Positions 25,127 to 36,820 of a stretch of DNA of 64,000 bases are shown piece by piece. The translations under genes and the position numbers were made by a program. This stretch comes from Amoebophrya sp. A120. Its lineage: Eukaryota > Protista > Dinoflagellata. How positions within the stretch are numbered: the first letter of the stretch is position 1; each line of letters opens with the position of its first letter. Below the pieces are notes generated by a model. It saw only the letters and a list, made by a program, of their open reading frames with translations. It was not told where the DNA came from and did no database searches. The DNA lies in NCBI GenBank assembly GCA_905178155.1, contig CAJINV010000008.1:2981303-3045302 (forward strand), given 5' to 3'.

Positions 25127-28100
25127 ATGTATCGCCACCTACTTCTGTTTTGTTCTAGTAGTCTTCATTCCACGGCGTTGCAAATTTGCCTTGTCGTCCT
25201 GCGTTGTTCTACAATATTGGTCTTACTTTCAAGCGAAACAAGTTTTTGCACAGCTAAGGCAGAACAAAGTTCATCAAACCACGAGGATGCTGGACGACTA
25301 TCATCTGCATCCGAGCAGTATGAATCGCCTTACTGGCGGCATCTGCCCCAGCCGCAGCCGAATGAGTTGGGTGACCTGCAGAACAAGGATCACACGGCGC
25401 TGCGGAACCCGATCCGCGAAGAGACGGAAAGGTTCCGTAAGGAGTGGCAAACGCCTATGGAGTACCTGAAAGAAGCGCACACCAACTTTCTCACGTATCC
25501 GAACTTCTTCTGCTTCCCGCCCGGAAGCGAGTACTCCTTTTTTCGCTGCTGTCTTCCCAAACTCGCAACGCGGGACTGTTGGGGCCGCAAGTTGCATTTC
25601 GGGTCTGTGAACCCTTTCAACTTCTACCGCGGAAATAAAGCCTTTGGTCGTCGACGAGAACACGTCGCAGATGAACCGAAACACGAGGAAGCGACCGCTG
25701 ATGTTGAGAGAGACACCAGGTCGCCGCGACGCCCTTCGTCGCGACACGCCGTGAGGCACGAGGATCAGCTTACTGCCGAGGGCGATCGCGGAGTTCTTCC
25801 CGACGAGAAAGATTCCGGCCGTGCGTGGGTAGAAAAAGCGGTGCACGAAGATGCCAAGAGGGAGCTTCTGGACGCGGTCAGTGATTTTCTTCATGCGGAT
25901 ATCCTCCTAGGTAAAAACGTCCCGACGCCGGTACTGTTGTAGTGCAATAGAGCAAGGTGGAAATCCACATGGCAAAGCTATCTGCTCATCCTGTTTGGAG
26001 CAGTATAAATGGCAAAACGCGTCTGGAAATACTTGTTGTGCGGACGTGCATGACCAATACAAATGTTCCTGTGGTGATGCAAATGTGCGTGACAACAAGG
26101 CCGGCGTCGGGACGCTCTTACGCAGGATGGCGGTCGAGGAGGACGGGCCTCTGCACGCTCCTGGGGACGACCACGAGCACCGCCATTTAAAACCGAAAAA
26201 ATCGTATGTCTACCAGCGCATTTTTCGGCACTTGGAGCGCAGGCTGCTGCCGCAGCTGCGGCGCGGCGGTCCTTCCGAGAAGATTCCGGAGTCGCGTGAC
26301 GAGATCAATGTGGACGACATTGTCGCGTATTTCAACCAAACGGACCAGGATGTGCAGAATTTCCTGGCGGACGGGGGTCTCAAGCGGGTAAAACAGCGTC
26401 GGTTTGAGGTGACACGAGACAACGAAAAACTGATCCACCGACTAGAGGGTATGTTCGGCCTGAACGTCCACGACACGGCAGCAGTACCCCTGGCGTTCGA
26501 ATGGAGAGAGCACGACGGGCACCTCTTGCGCACGACCATCCTGGAACGATTGAAGAACGGAGGTAAAATGGCCCAAGATATCAAAGTGAAATCTCAAATA
26601 TGTAAAGTGCCCCTACTTCTACTCCTGGTACTGCCGTAGAGTAGCGGGCTGTTCTTTGTGATGCAATGATTTTGAACAACCGAGGCGTGACAGGAGGTGC
26701 AATTATAAATATGTCGCGGCACATTTCATTGTTCGTATATACCTACGACGGCAAGCTAGCACCTGCACTGTGAGCTAGTACCATTTTGTCGCGCTAGCAC
26801 CTGCACTTGCACGACGCGCGTGTGCTGCATTCCTATGCCGCTCATCTAGAGAATGAGCATGAGAGAGATGCATCTTTGCTGTGTGTAAACTTCTAGCAAC
26901 GTCGCGCGCGACAAATAAAGCGTTTGCGCCATCTCAATCTGGTTCGAGCTGCTGCGCAATACAGATTTAAGTCGGGTGAGGGCGGGGCATTGTTTACGGT
27001 TTGTTGATGCATACTCGAGGAGATTGGTGGAGAAAGTCGTGACCCCAAGAACGGGGCGGGCACCAGGACGGACCAGGGGTACAGCAGCACTCGGGAAGCG
27101 TCGGCGACTGCGGCTACTGCTGATATCCTGCGCACCTCCCCAGATCTCTGTTGTCACCACACGCAGCAAGACGAGACGAGCTTGACGAAATGGCAGCGGC
27201 CCCTGCTGAAACTGCGGACGAAAGCGAGCCTGTTCGAGTGCCTCTCGGCCCTGGCCGATTTCCACGTACGAACCCTCGCGGTGTCGTTCGCGCAGCGGAA
27301 CGATTTTATCGGCCCCTACCTGAACGGGTTCAGTTTGGGCTTTTACCAAGACATCCAGAAGCAGTGTGAGCATTGGTACATCCTCGACAAAGCGGCCCTC
27401 TATGCCGCCAGTGAGGCTTCCTATCTGCGAAGAGTTTATAACTTGGCCGACGTTGGTCAGCTTCGTTCTGTGGATGAAAAAGACAGTGCAGCGAGCGCCT
27501 CACAGTCTGAGGATCGTAATGAAATAATAGATGCGGAAACGAGAAACAACTTGCGGGACAAAGAGACTACAGATCTTCAACCCCTCTCCACGACTGCGGG
27601 GGTGCGAAAGCCCTTCGGCGTCGTGTCGTCGTGCGTCGAGTCCACGCTGCAGCACTATCCAGTCGAAAAAAAACTATGTCGCTGTCTGGAAAGAGTGGAA
27701 CTTGTGATGCTCGGTTCCGCCAGTTCTTCCAGAAAAGCTTGTTGTAATGCATGCATGACTAGCACAAGCACTAGCTGCAAAACCTGACGTGTGCGTTTTT
27801 GGCAACCGTGAGATATGATTTTTTCTCACGCCAAATAGGCATTGCAAAATTGTTGCAGAACTTGTGCTCATGTTGCTGCGCCCTGCAATGAATCCAGACC
27901 GTCTGTTGGGCCACATAAAACCTGCGTGACAAAGTCCGACTGGACTCTTGCAGACCCGGACGTATTTGCAAATGGATAAGCACTGCTCTTTGACAATGAG
28001 CTTTTGGCAGTGCTACACCATGTTGCACGCCCACAACACAGAACTGTTCTACGAGGCCGCCTATGATTACGACTTGCACCTGCACGAGGTGACCTGTCTG

Positions 28101-31100
28101 CGCGGGGCGAATCTTGACGCGGAAGCCTCCTTACGCGGCCTATGCATCATGGGAAACATGTCGCACTTGTGATAAATTTTGCGCGGCCACAAATTTTTTC
28201 AACAGCAAAAAATGCAGTTTTTCATGGTGAGTCAGATAGTAAGTCCCAGTTATTTTTGCTCCTGAAAAAAGTAGAGATGCATGGTCGCGATGATAATCAC
28301 GAGTACGCCATAATTTTTCCCGAGGATCCGACAACCAGGGCGACCCGGATTCTCCACTCCAGGCAGACGGTGCCCATGGTGACGAGGACGGTGCTGGCAG
28401 TACGTCAGAGAGTGGACCGCCCGGGGAGGCGGCGTGGGACGGCAAGAGCGGAAGCGCCGCCGATTCGTCGCACACAACAAGAAGTACTCTCGTCCTAAAA
28501 CACCAAGGCGCCCACCCGCCTGCGCAACCCGAAGATCCGCACGCTTGCATTCGCAACTCCCCCTTGTGCCGGCTCGTGTTCGACGGGCTCGTATCGCGGT
28601 GGCGCGCGAAGCCCCGGGCGGTGCTTCATGCGTTCGGGCAGTACGAGTGGGTGCTTGCGTATTTCACAAGAAAACATTGCTAGTGTAACTTTTTGTAGTT
28701 GATGCAGAGGACCCCCGACGATGCAAGACACCTACAGTTCTTGTCATTCTGAAAAAGCGTCATAGGCTAAGTAGTTTCGTACGTTTACGTGGTTTCGCGT
28801 AGTACTTGCGCATGATGTTTTCTCTGTCATGCCAGGAAGATTTGTGACGCTGTTCCGCCAACAAGGTTACACCGACAATCTTTTCGTGCTTGGATATTGC
28901 GGTAGACGCCGCCGACACCAGCATCGGGCCCGGTTGCTTCTTGCGCAACTTGGAGGAAATCTTCCACAATCCGCAGGTCATTCCGGAGGAGGCCGAGGTG
29001 GTTGTGAAGGACCCCTCGAACCAGGAGGACAGCAACGGCGGGGTATTCGCGTTCAAGGGTCGGTCGAGGTTTGGGAAACTGTTCGTAGACTTGATCATAT
29101 GAACTGCAAAAGTATCGTACTCGTATAAATGCATTACAAATTTACTCAGCATGAGAGATAAAATTTGTAGTGCTGATTTACCTTAAGAAAAAGATTTGTA
29201 ATGCATGATTGCAATACGAGTGCGATACTTTTGCACAGGATTGATCAACGACAAGGACAACTGGCCTGGGGAGCTCATTGTAGGAAAAGAACATACTCCT
29301 GTCATCTTTACTGTGGTGGTGATTTTTTTTTGAGTAGCATCTTCACATGTTGGAAAAAAAAAAATCTCAAGGAAATTCTACCGACGGCCTAAGGAGATTC
29401 TCCCTCAAGGAGATTCCCCCCTATAAAATTTGAACTATGAGCTGGCGCCATTCTTCATCCTTATAGCATAGAAAGATATAGCGGACAAGACGAGCGCTGG
29501 CGCTCGTGCAAGATGAAGGGATGAGCGTGGGCCAGACTACGCGTGCGCCGACCGTTGCCACCAAGAGCCCCCGGCCCGCCTGTGCACCGGTGGCGGAAGA
29601 GTTTTTGGCCCTGCCCTTCGCCCGCCTGCCCCGCCCGCGCCCAGGCTGCGCTCCGTCCTTACAAACAAAACGCGCGCAGCAGCTTTCCTCGTGGTTGGCT
29701 CCCAGCGGCGCGGTGGCGGCATTTCTTTTTTTTCGGTGTTTTTCGTCTTTGAAACTGTACAGGACAGGACAGCTTCTACTTTTGCGCGCGCACTCGCCAA
29801 TGGTTAGCAAAAAAGCAAAAAGCTGCTCGCGTTGCGCGCGTTCCCCTAACTGTGAACCTCTTTGTAGCTGGTTCGGTTGTGCATTGTGGTTTTGCACGGC
29901 CGACAGCAAGGGCCGGCGGGCTTGTTGTACTCGTGCGCATTCCCGGGCCTTGCAGAGCAAAGACTGACCTTGCTCCGCACACGAGCAGCGCGCGCAGCGT
30001 CCTCCCTTCCTTTGCTTCGACGGCGTTGCGTGTCCCATTCCTGCACCGTCGCGCCGGCTTTTTTTATTTCGCGCGCGCGCCGCGCCTGCTCTGCCCGTCG
30101 TTGCTTCGCGCCGACGGCCTTGCTGCGCCTTCGTACGTTCGCGGACCTTTAAAATTGCCTCCGCGCGCGCGCAGCACGTGCTCCGTTCCTCGCTGTTTCG
30201 CGCCGACGGCTTTGCGCTTTGTTTTTTTTCACGGGCGCACGGCAAAAAAAAAAAAATTGTCGCGCGCGTGCCGCACGCGTCCCACCCTTCGCTGCGTCGC
30301 GCCGGTGCCCTTGCGCTTTCTTCCATCATTGGCGGCCGGCCAAAAAAATTCTTGCGCGCGCGCTGCGCGCGCTCCACCCTTCGCTTTTTCGTGCCAGCGC
30401 CCTTGCAGTTTGTTGCCTGAGCGGGTACCCGACAAAAATTTTTTGCGCGCACGCCCCACCCTTCTCTGCTTCGCGTCAGCGGCCTTGCGGTTTGTTGCCT
30501 GCGCGGGTACCAGACAAAATTTTTTTGCGCGCGCGCCCCACGTTTCTCTGCTTCGCGCCAGCACCCCTGCATTTTCTCGCACGGGGGCCCGACAAAATTT
30601 TTTTTCGCGTATCCTTTGCTGCTTCCCGCCAGCGCCCTTGCAGTTTCTTACAAGGGTAGCCGATGAAAATTTTTCTCGCGCGCGCGCAGCGCGCGCGCTA
30701 TTTTCCGTTGCACCGCGCCAGCGTCCTTGCACTTTCTTGCACGGGTGGCCGACAAAAAAATTTTTCGGGCGCGCGCTGCATCCTTCGCTGCGTCGCGCTA
30801 CCGCCCGCGCAGTTTCGATCGTGCAAGGATAGCCGACAAAAAATTTCCTGGCGCGCGCGGTGCGCGCGCTTCAGCCTTCGCTGCCTCGCGCCGACGGTCC
30901 GGCGGTTTCTATCTTGCGCGGGCGACCAAGAGTAAAAATTTTCTTTCCCGCGCGCGCTGCGCGCGCCGCTTCCTTCGGTGCTTCGCGCCAACGCCCTGGT
31001 GGTTTCTATCTTGCTTGGACGGGCGACCAAAAAAAAATTCTTCCACGCGCGCGCTGCGCGCGCGCCGTTCTTTGTTGCTTCGCCCCAACGCCCTGAAGGT

Positions 31101-34008
31101 TTCTACCTTGCACGGGTGGCCGGCGAGCCGCGAAAATTTTCTCTCGCGCGCGCGCTGCGCGCGCTCCAAGCTGCCTTGCCTCAGGGTAACGCCGTCGGCT
31201 TTTCTCGCACGCGCGGGGGGGTGGCTGACAGAAAGTTTGTTCGCGCGCGCTTCGCGCACTGCTCCATCCTGTGCTGCTTCGCGCCGGCGCCCCCGCAGTT
31301 TGTTTCTATCTCGCACAGGCGACCGACAAATTTTTTTTTTTGGCGCGCGCCTGCGCGCGCTCCATCCTCGGCTTCGCTAGCGCCCTTCTAGTTTCTTGAA
31401 TGGGTGGCCGATGCAATTTTTTTTCGCCCGCGTGCCGCGCCCGTGCCCTTCTTCCTCACTGCCCTACGCCGAAGGCCGTACGCGTTCGCTCGCGCGCGGC
31501 TGGCCGGTGAAAATCTCTTTCGCGGGCGGGCGTTGTGGATTCTTGGGTGTGGGTATTTGGCGTGCTGTGTTCGGGCTACCCCGGGTCGTGGGTCCCCGGG
31601 GTTGTTCCCGAGTTGCTATCTCGGTGCGCGGAGTGCCGGCCGCCGCCAGTTGCAGGGGGGCCCGCTGTTCCGGTCGTTGGGAAGGGCCCGCCTTGGTGGG
31701 GTGCCCTTGATGAAATCGCGCCAGATGATTGAACAGCCCGGGGCTTCGCTCGCTGCCCTTGCAATCTCGCTGAAGTTGCTGGGGGGCGGCCTCTCTTTCA
31801 AGTTGCACGTAGCTCCTGAGCGGCTGCCGGGCGCCTGGCCCTTGGGGATCAGCTTTTCTTGCGCGACTTGCCTGGCGCGATTTGTGTTTCGTTTGAGGCC
31901 GGTTCTAGGTGGTCGTGGGGGTGGTTTGCCTTTAAGGTCGCTCCGGAGCGGGTGCGGGGTGGGACGACTTGCCGTTAAAGCGGTCGAGGGACGACTTGCT
32001 TTTCGTTGCGGCTCCGCACCGGCCACACCGGACGAAATGGCCGCAAAATTGCGGCCGCTGCCGTTCTTCGGGCTTTATAGGCCAGTGCGCGTGTGAGATT
32101 GCATCGGGCAAATCGCCCTCGAGCGCGGCGCCAACATAGTCGGCACGGCGCCCTTGCGCTTGCGTCTGCGTCGGGCCGCATAGGGCAGTGCGCCCGCCCG
32201 TGAAGGTGCGGCCTGGGCCGCAAAGGGCGCCCCGCCCCTGGCATTGCACTGCGCCCGGGCGTCCAAGGGCGATGAGTCCCGCTTTTGTGGTTTTCTGGCG
32301 GGCTATGAGAATCTCCTTGGCAAGGAGATTCTCCCACGTTCGGGGAGAATCTCCTTGTCAAGGAGATTCTCCATGGAAGAAGAAGAGCGTGACGGCAGGA
32401 GGGAATGAAGGAAATAGAAGGAAAATGAAGGAAAAAGAAGTAAATAGAGGAAAAAGAAGCACATGAAGGAAAAAAAAAGAAAGAAGAAAAAAGAAAAAAG
32501 AGAAGAAAAAGGAAGAGGAGGGGGAGGAGGGGAGGAGATTCTCCTGGGGGTCCAGGAGAATCTCCGTGGGCCAAGGAGATTCTCCGAGTCCTTGAAGTTT
32601 CCCCTTCACCGATTTGCATTTGTATTTTTTTCCCGCGACAGGACGAGAAAAGTATCGCGCGAAGCCTTCTAGTCCTGTACTTATTTGGAAAAAAGAGGCT
32701 TGAAAGATCATTCATGGGTCGTCTAGTGCAGTGCGTTATTGACGAACGCACCTGCCTTGCATTTTCTGCGTCACCGATTTGGTTTTGGAGTTTCAACCAC
32801 ACAGTTTTTTTCTTGCATACCGTGGGGGCGGCTGCTACCCGGAGCAGATGGCCATGAACGAGGCGTTACTGGAGCTGGCCGCCCTGGAGACCGGGATCCC
32901 CTACAACTCTGAGTGCTTGAAGTACATCTTCGGGATGCCGGGAGAGAACGGGGTCTTTGGCTGCCAGTTCAACACGCACATCACCTGTTTTCGCCACTTT
33001 CTGGAAACCCTCGCGGGCCCGTTCGGGCAGAGACGCACGAGGAAGGTGTTTTTCCTCAATCCGAGGTTGGTAGACCTAAATTTCCGCCTATCCAAAAGAA
33101 AAACTCAACACTTTTTAGTTCTCGTGTAAAGTAGTATCACTCTGGGATGCTGCAGGTGAACTTGAACACGCAACACACCCTGCACAGGCTTGGGCTACAA
33201 CCCGGTCGGCAAGAGATATGCGCTCGATCTAAAAACTCATGATGTACAGCACTTCGTATCTATCGTGCTGATGAATGCCAATGCGCGTGGTGGTCACAGA
33301 CACAGGGCAGTCTCTTCGTCCTCGTGTGCTAGATTACTATATTTACGTACGGCACGGGCGCGCCCGGCCTCGCAATTGTGAGTTTTTTCTGTCATCAACC
33401 TGTGGGGCAGATGCATTGTCATGCTTGTAGCATAAGAAATACAAATTAGAAAACTATTACTACCCGACGAGCAGAGTTTTTGTCCTCGTGGATAGCGCCC
33501 GTACGGGAATGTGCCGATGAACGATACCAAACTTGTGCACGACGGTGAAAAAAACTCTCCCTTCCTGTGGCACTGGGTAAACTACGACCAGAAGAAGCCC
33601 TTCATTCTGAAGCACATGCTAGGGATCGAGGACGAGAACAGTGAGGAAGCGCGCAGGGAGCTCGACGAGTATGCCATTGTCGACGAGGGGACGGCGAAGC
33701 GCCATTTTATCGCCTCCCCGCAGTGGTGTCAGCGGGTAATACGCGGCCCACTAAGTAGTAGAAAAACGGCAAGAGATGACCAGCAAGGCGTCGGTAGAAG
33801 AAGTCCTACTTCGTCGAGCGGCCAGGACAGCGAGGACGCAGTTGTGTCATCGGTAGAGGACGGGACTGGTGAGTTGGCGAAAACTCCGGGGGATTCGCCC
33901 GAACTAGACCTCGAACCTGATGAACCCCCAGACGTAGATACCTGTACTTTTGGCAGTCCAGAGCCCGTCTGCCAACATCTACCGCATCAGTACATTTCGC
34001 AGTGTTGA
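25127..34008 (+). CDS. Secreted or type-II membrane glycosyltransferase (GT34/MNN10-like C-terminal domain), multi-exon
   Basis: Hydrophobic N-terminus; spliced motifs YEWVLAVDAADT, NGGVFAF, EQMAMNEAL, PFLWHW. Introns 25931-26099 (GT-AG), ~26579-27013, 27656-27978, 28141-28295, 28660-28896, 29098-29242, 29281-32819, 33089-33494. Confidence 0.65.
27656..27978. mobile_element. Introner, TSD AGCAC
   Basis: TATCCA / TGGATA; perfect TSD; join LQHCSLT. Confidence 0.85.
28660..28896. mobile_element. Introner, TSD TTGCG
   Basis: Perfect TSD; join restores the DxD-like motif WVLAVDAAD. Confidence 0.85.
29098..29242 (+). mobile_element. Family-B introner (145 bp), TSD GATCA
   Basis: Very similar to 45822-45971; TIR core TGCAAAAGTATCG. 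Confidence 0.9.
29367..32595. mobile_element. Probable non-autonomous element nested in a 3.5-kb intron, with subterminal GGAGAWTCTCC palindromes
   Basis: Motif at 29393, 29409 (partial), 32307, 32324, 32344, 32362, 32534, 32555, 32575; short TCAAGGA/TCCTTGA ends; boundaries approximate. Confidence 0.5.
29750..31520. repeat. Degenerate tandem repeat, ~80-100 bp unit (GGGTGGCCGAC, A-tract, T-tract, (CG)n, CTTCGCGCC)
   Basis: Recurring CGACAAAA-like anchor at ~30430, 30512, 30590, 30661, 30750, 30834, 30923, 31024 and onward. Confidence 0.85.
33089..33494. mobile_element. Introner, TSD CCGCC/GCGCC
   Basis: TATCCA / TGGATA; join NFRPYGN. Confidence 0.82.
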
Positions 34009-34528
34009 TAGAAGATGCACATTCAATTTCATCAAGATGATGCCCAGCAAGATGAACATGCTGAAGCTTCGAGCAGTGAGAAACGTGTGGCACCCTTTTC
34101 GTACGCTCTTTCTCTCGTGCTGATCCGATGGAAGCTAGGGATGAAACTAGTTTCTACAGTGTAAAAAATGATTCTGTCTTCATCTGCGCAGTGATCGCAC
34201 CAAAATGATCGTCTCAGCTAAAAGGCCGTATTTCTCGGACAAAATGGATCCTGCCACGACCAAAACCGTTCCGGTCAACATGCTTTTCGCTTGTGCATTC
34301 GAACTTGTAATGTAGAAATCAGCGTATGCGTTGTAATAGGAGAAAAGTACACAACTAAGAGGCGAACACAGAACTTCTGCGCAGCGAAACTCTTTATAAA
34401 TTCTTCTATGAAGGAGCGTCATCCCCTTATGCGGGTTTTAGGTTATCGGCTGCATCTAGTCTAAGTCACAGCGGGATGTTGTTGTTGTGAAAAAACACAA
34501 GAAGAAACAAGAGCCACCACCTAATACC

Positions 34529-35632
34529 ATGGCCCCAGCTACCGGCGCCGCTCCGGCCATTAGCGAGCAGAAGAAGATGGATCAGCTGAATGGAGAGGAC
34601 ACACAGAGGGCCTTCGACCGTCTTTTCGAAACGGAACTTGCGCCCCGCTTACGTCAGGACGGCTGGGAGGTTCGATTAGAAGATCCGCCGCAGGCTTACC
34701 TCCACCTTTCCAAGCCGGCTTGGGGCGACCAACGAATATGCATTCGCACTCATGGGTCTGCTGGGTTCTCTGGACAGAAGTGGATGCCGCGGACGATGGC
34801 TTTTAACGTCAGAGATGCTCAACTTGGAGCATGCATTTTGCTCATTTTTACATTAGCAATGAATTATGTATGTATGATTATGCAAATAATCGTCCTGCCT
34901 CGTCCGAAGAATGTTGTTGAGACACTTCACAACTCAATTCGCACACGTGTGCGTGATAGAAGACAATGCAGCGAAATAAAGTATCTTCCGGTAAAGGTTT
35001 GGCATTCATTTTGGAAGATGCCGACCTTCATTCTCAGCCTCCAACTCCATCGGAGTAAATCTGCATGGCACGACCATAAAAGTGCGTCACCGCATACGCA
35101 TTTCCACCAGCCCCAGACAGCACATTTTCATCGTTGATGCCGCATGAACGGGATCCACTTCGAAACGTACGTGTTGCGGACGCAGTTGAGAACGAGAGCC
35201 GCCCCGGTGGCGTTGCACTGCGAGAACGGCTGCGCGTATCGAGCCGATTTTCTGCGGATCTGCACCGAGAGATTGAAATCGCCCGACGGCGCAGGAGGAC
35301 TCTTAGCAGAACGGCTTCTTTTGCCTCCCGTAGAAGTCCGAGGCCGAGCTGACACGGTGGATCTTCCTGTACTAGATGTTGATGAAGAAGACAAACAAAG
35401 GAAAATACAAACACCGAACCAGGTGGACCAGCGGCGAGACTTGCCGTGCACCTACGAGATAGGGGACCCAGCCTCGGGAGACTGCAGCGTGATTGAGGTG
35501 CAAGTCCCCTTCGACGGCTTGACCGCGGCGGAGACCGTCCAGCGACTGGCGGAGCAACTGGACCGCTTCCAAACGGTTCTAACGCCCTTGGTCGATGAAA
35601 CGATTCAGGCTTGCAAAATAAACAGAGCCTGA
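34529..35632 (+). CDS. Hypothetical protein, two exons split by introner 34737-35139
   Basis: In-frame join YLHLSKPAWGDQRMNGIHFETYV; TSD ACGAA/CCGCA. Confidence 0.65.
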
Positions 35633-36820
35633 TATGGAGCTTACAAGCAACTTGGTGCCCTGTTGCTGACGCACTTTTTACAACCTGTGGGCATGGTGTA
35701 GTAAAGTACTAAGCATGAAGATGTTGGACTTGGATCTGCACTTACTTTTTCTTCGCGGTAGTTCAGAAGATAGGGCAGCTTCATCCTCATACCTGAAAAG
35801 CTTCTCGCATGTAGTGCTGTGCGGTCGCAGCAAGTTGGACTTTTTGTTTTTTCCCGATCGGTACGACACAGACAGCGCAATTTTCGATACATTTGAGTGC
35901 CCTTACGTAGAAAAGAAAGAGAAACCGCGGACCGCTTGCCTGTCTGTTAAGGCTTCATTTTGTCGCTCCACCCAAGTTGTTCGTGAAAACCACAGGATGA
36001 CTTGCACTTGTTGAAGTCGAACGGAGCATCATGAATGTTGCGAAATAAATTGGCTTTCAATGTGGAGGCTCTTCTACGAGTCTTTCCTCACCTGCTCAGA
36101 TGAAATGGTACATAATTTTGGCAATCTGATCATCATTGCATTGCTCTGACTGCAGCATCTGCATCGGAGATTGAAGGTTATGGATTGGATCACCGGTATA
36201 CCTTAGAGGATGGGATCACCTATACCTTGGTATCAGGAGGAGACATTGCAATTGTTGAACTAATAGATTTCATTCTGATAGAAGGTAGCGGAAGCAGTTG
36301 CGCTTGCGCGCTCGCTGCAGGAGTCTTGCTGCAAAAGAAAAGAAAACTGTCACTGTCTTTAGCAGATGTCGAGGATGTTTCACCAGCGACAATTATAGGT
36401 AGAGTTTGATGAAAGAGAGCAATGTTTTCTAGTTGCAACAGGAAAGAAAATGCGGAAACATTCAAATTTAGTCTTCTTGTTTGAACTTGAATAGCAAAAG
36501 AAATTTAGAAGTACCCGGCGTTAATACTATGCCATGGCGAGGATCATTGGTCCCTGCTTGTCTAGTAGTTGATGATGCAGCGACCTTCGTGTGTTTGTAC
36601 ACAGGAGCAGGACGGCGCCGAAGCAAAAAAGGATAGTGTGACCATGCATAAATGTTCGGGTCAGCAAGGACGGTAGACGTAGACCTCCCGTGAGATCGAC
36701 ACGCCTTTGCAGGATTGTATAATTGAAAGCAACTTCTACGACTACCCGACCCGTATCATGTGAGTACTACACGACTTTTTTATGCAGTTTGAGTCTGGAG
36801 CGCCAAAGTAAGAAATAGAA

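Noticed and set aside
25931-26099. Apparent GCCGG target duplication
   Set aside because: Excision with that repeat shifts the frame, whereas the GT-AG reading is in frame; treated as a canonical intron.
29421-32802. Many overlapping Arg/Ala-rich ORFs; possible CRISPR-like array
   Set aside because: The ORFs arise from a stop-poor CG-rich satellite. Units are degenerate along their whole length, with no constant repeat plus unique spacer and no cas genes.
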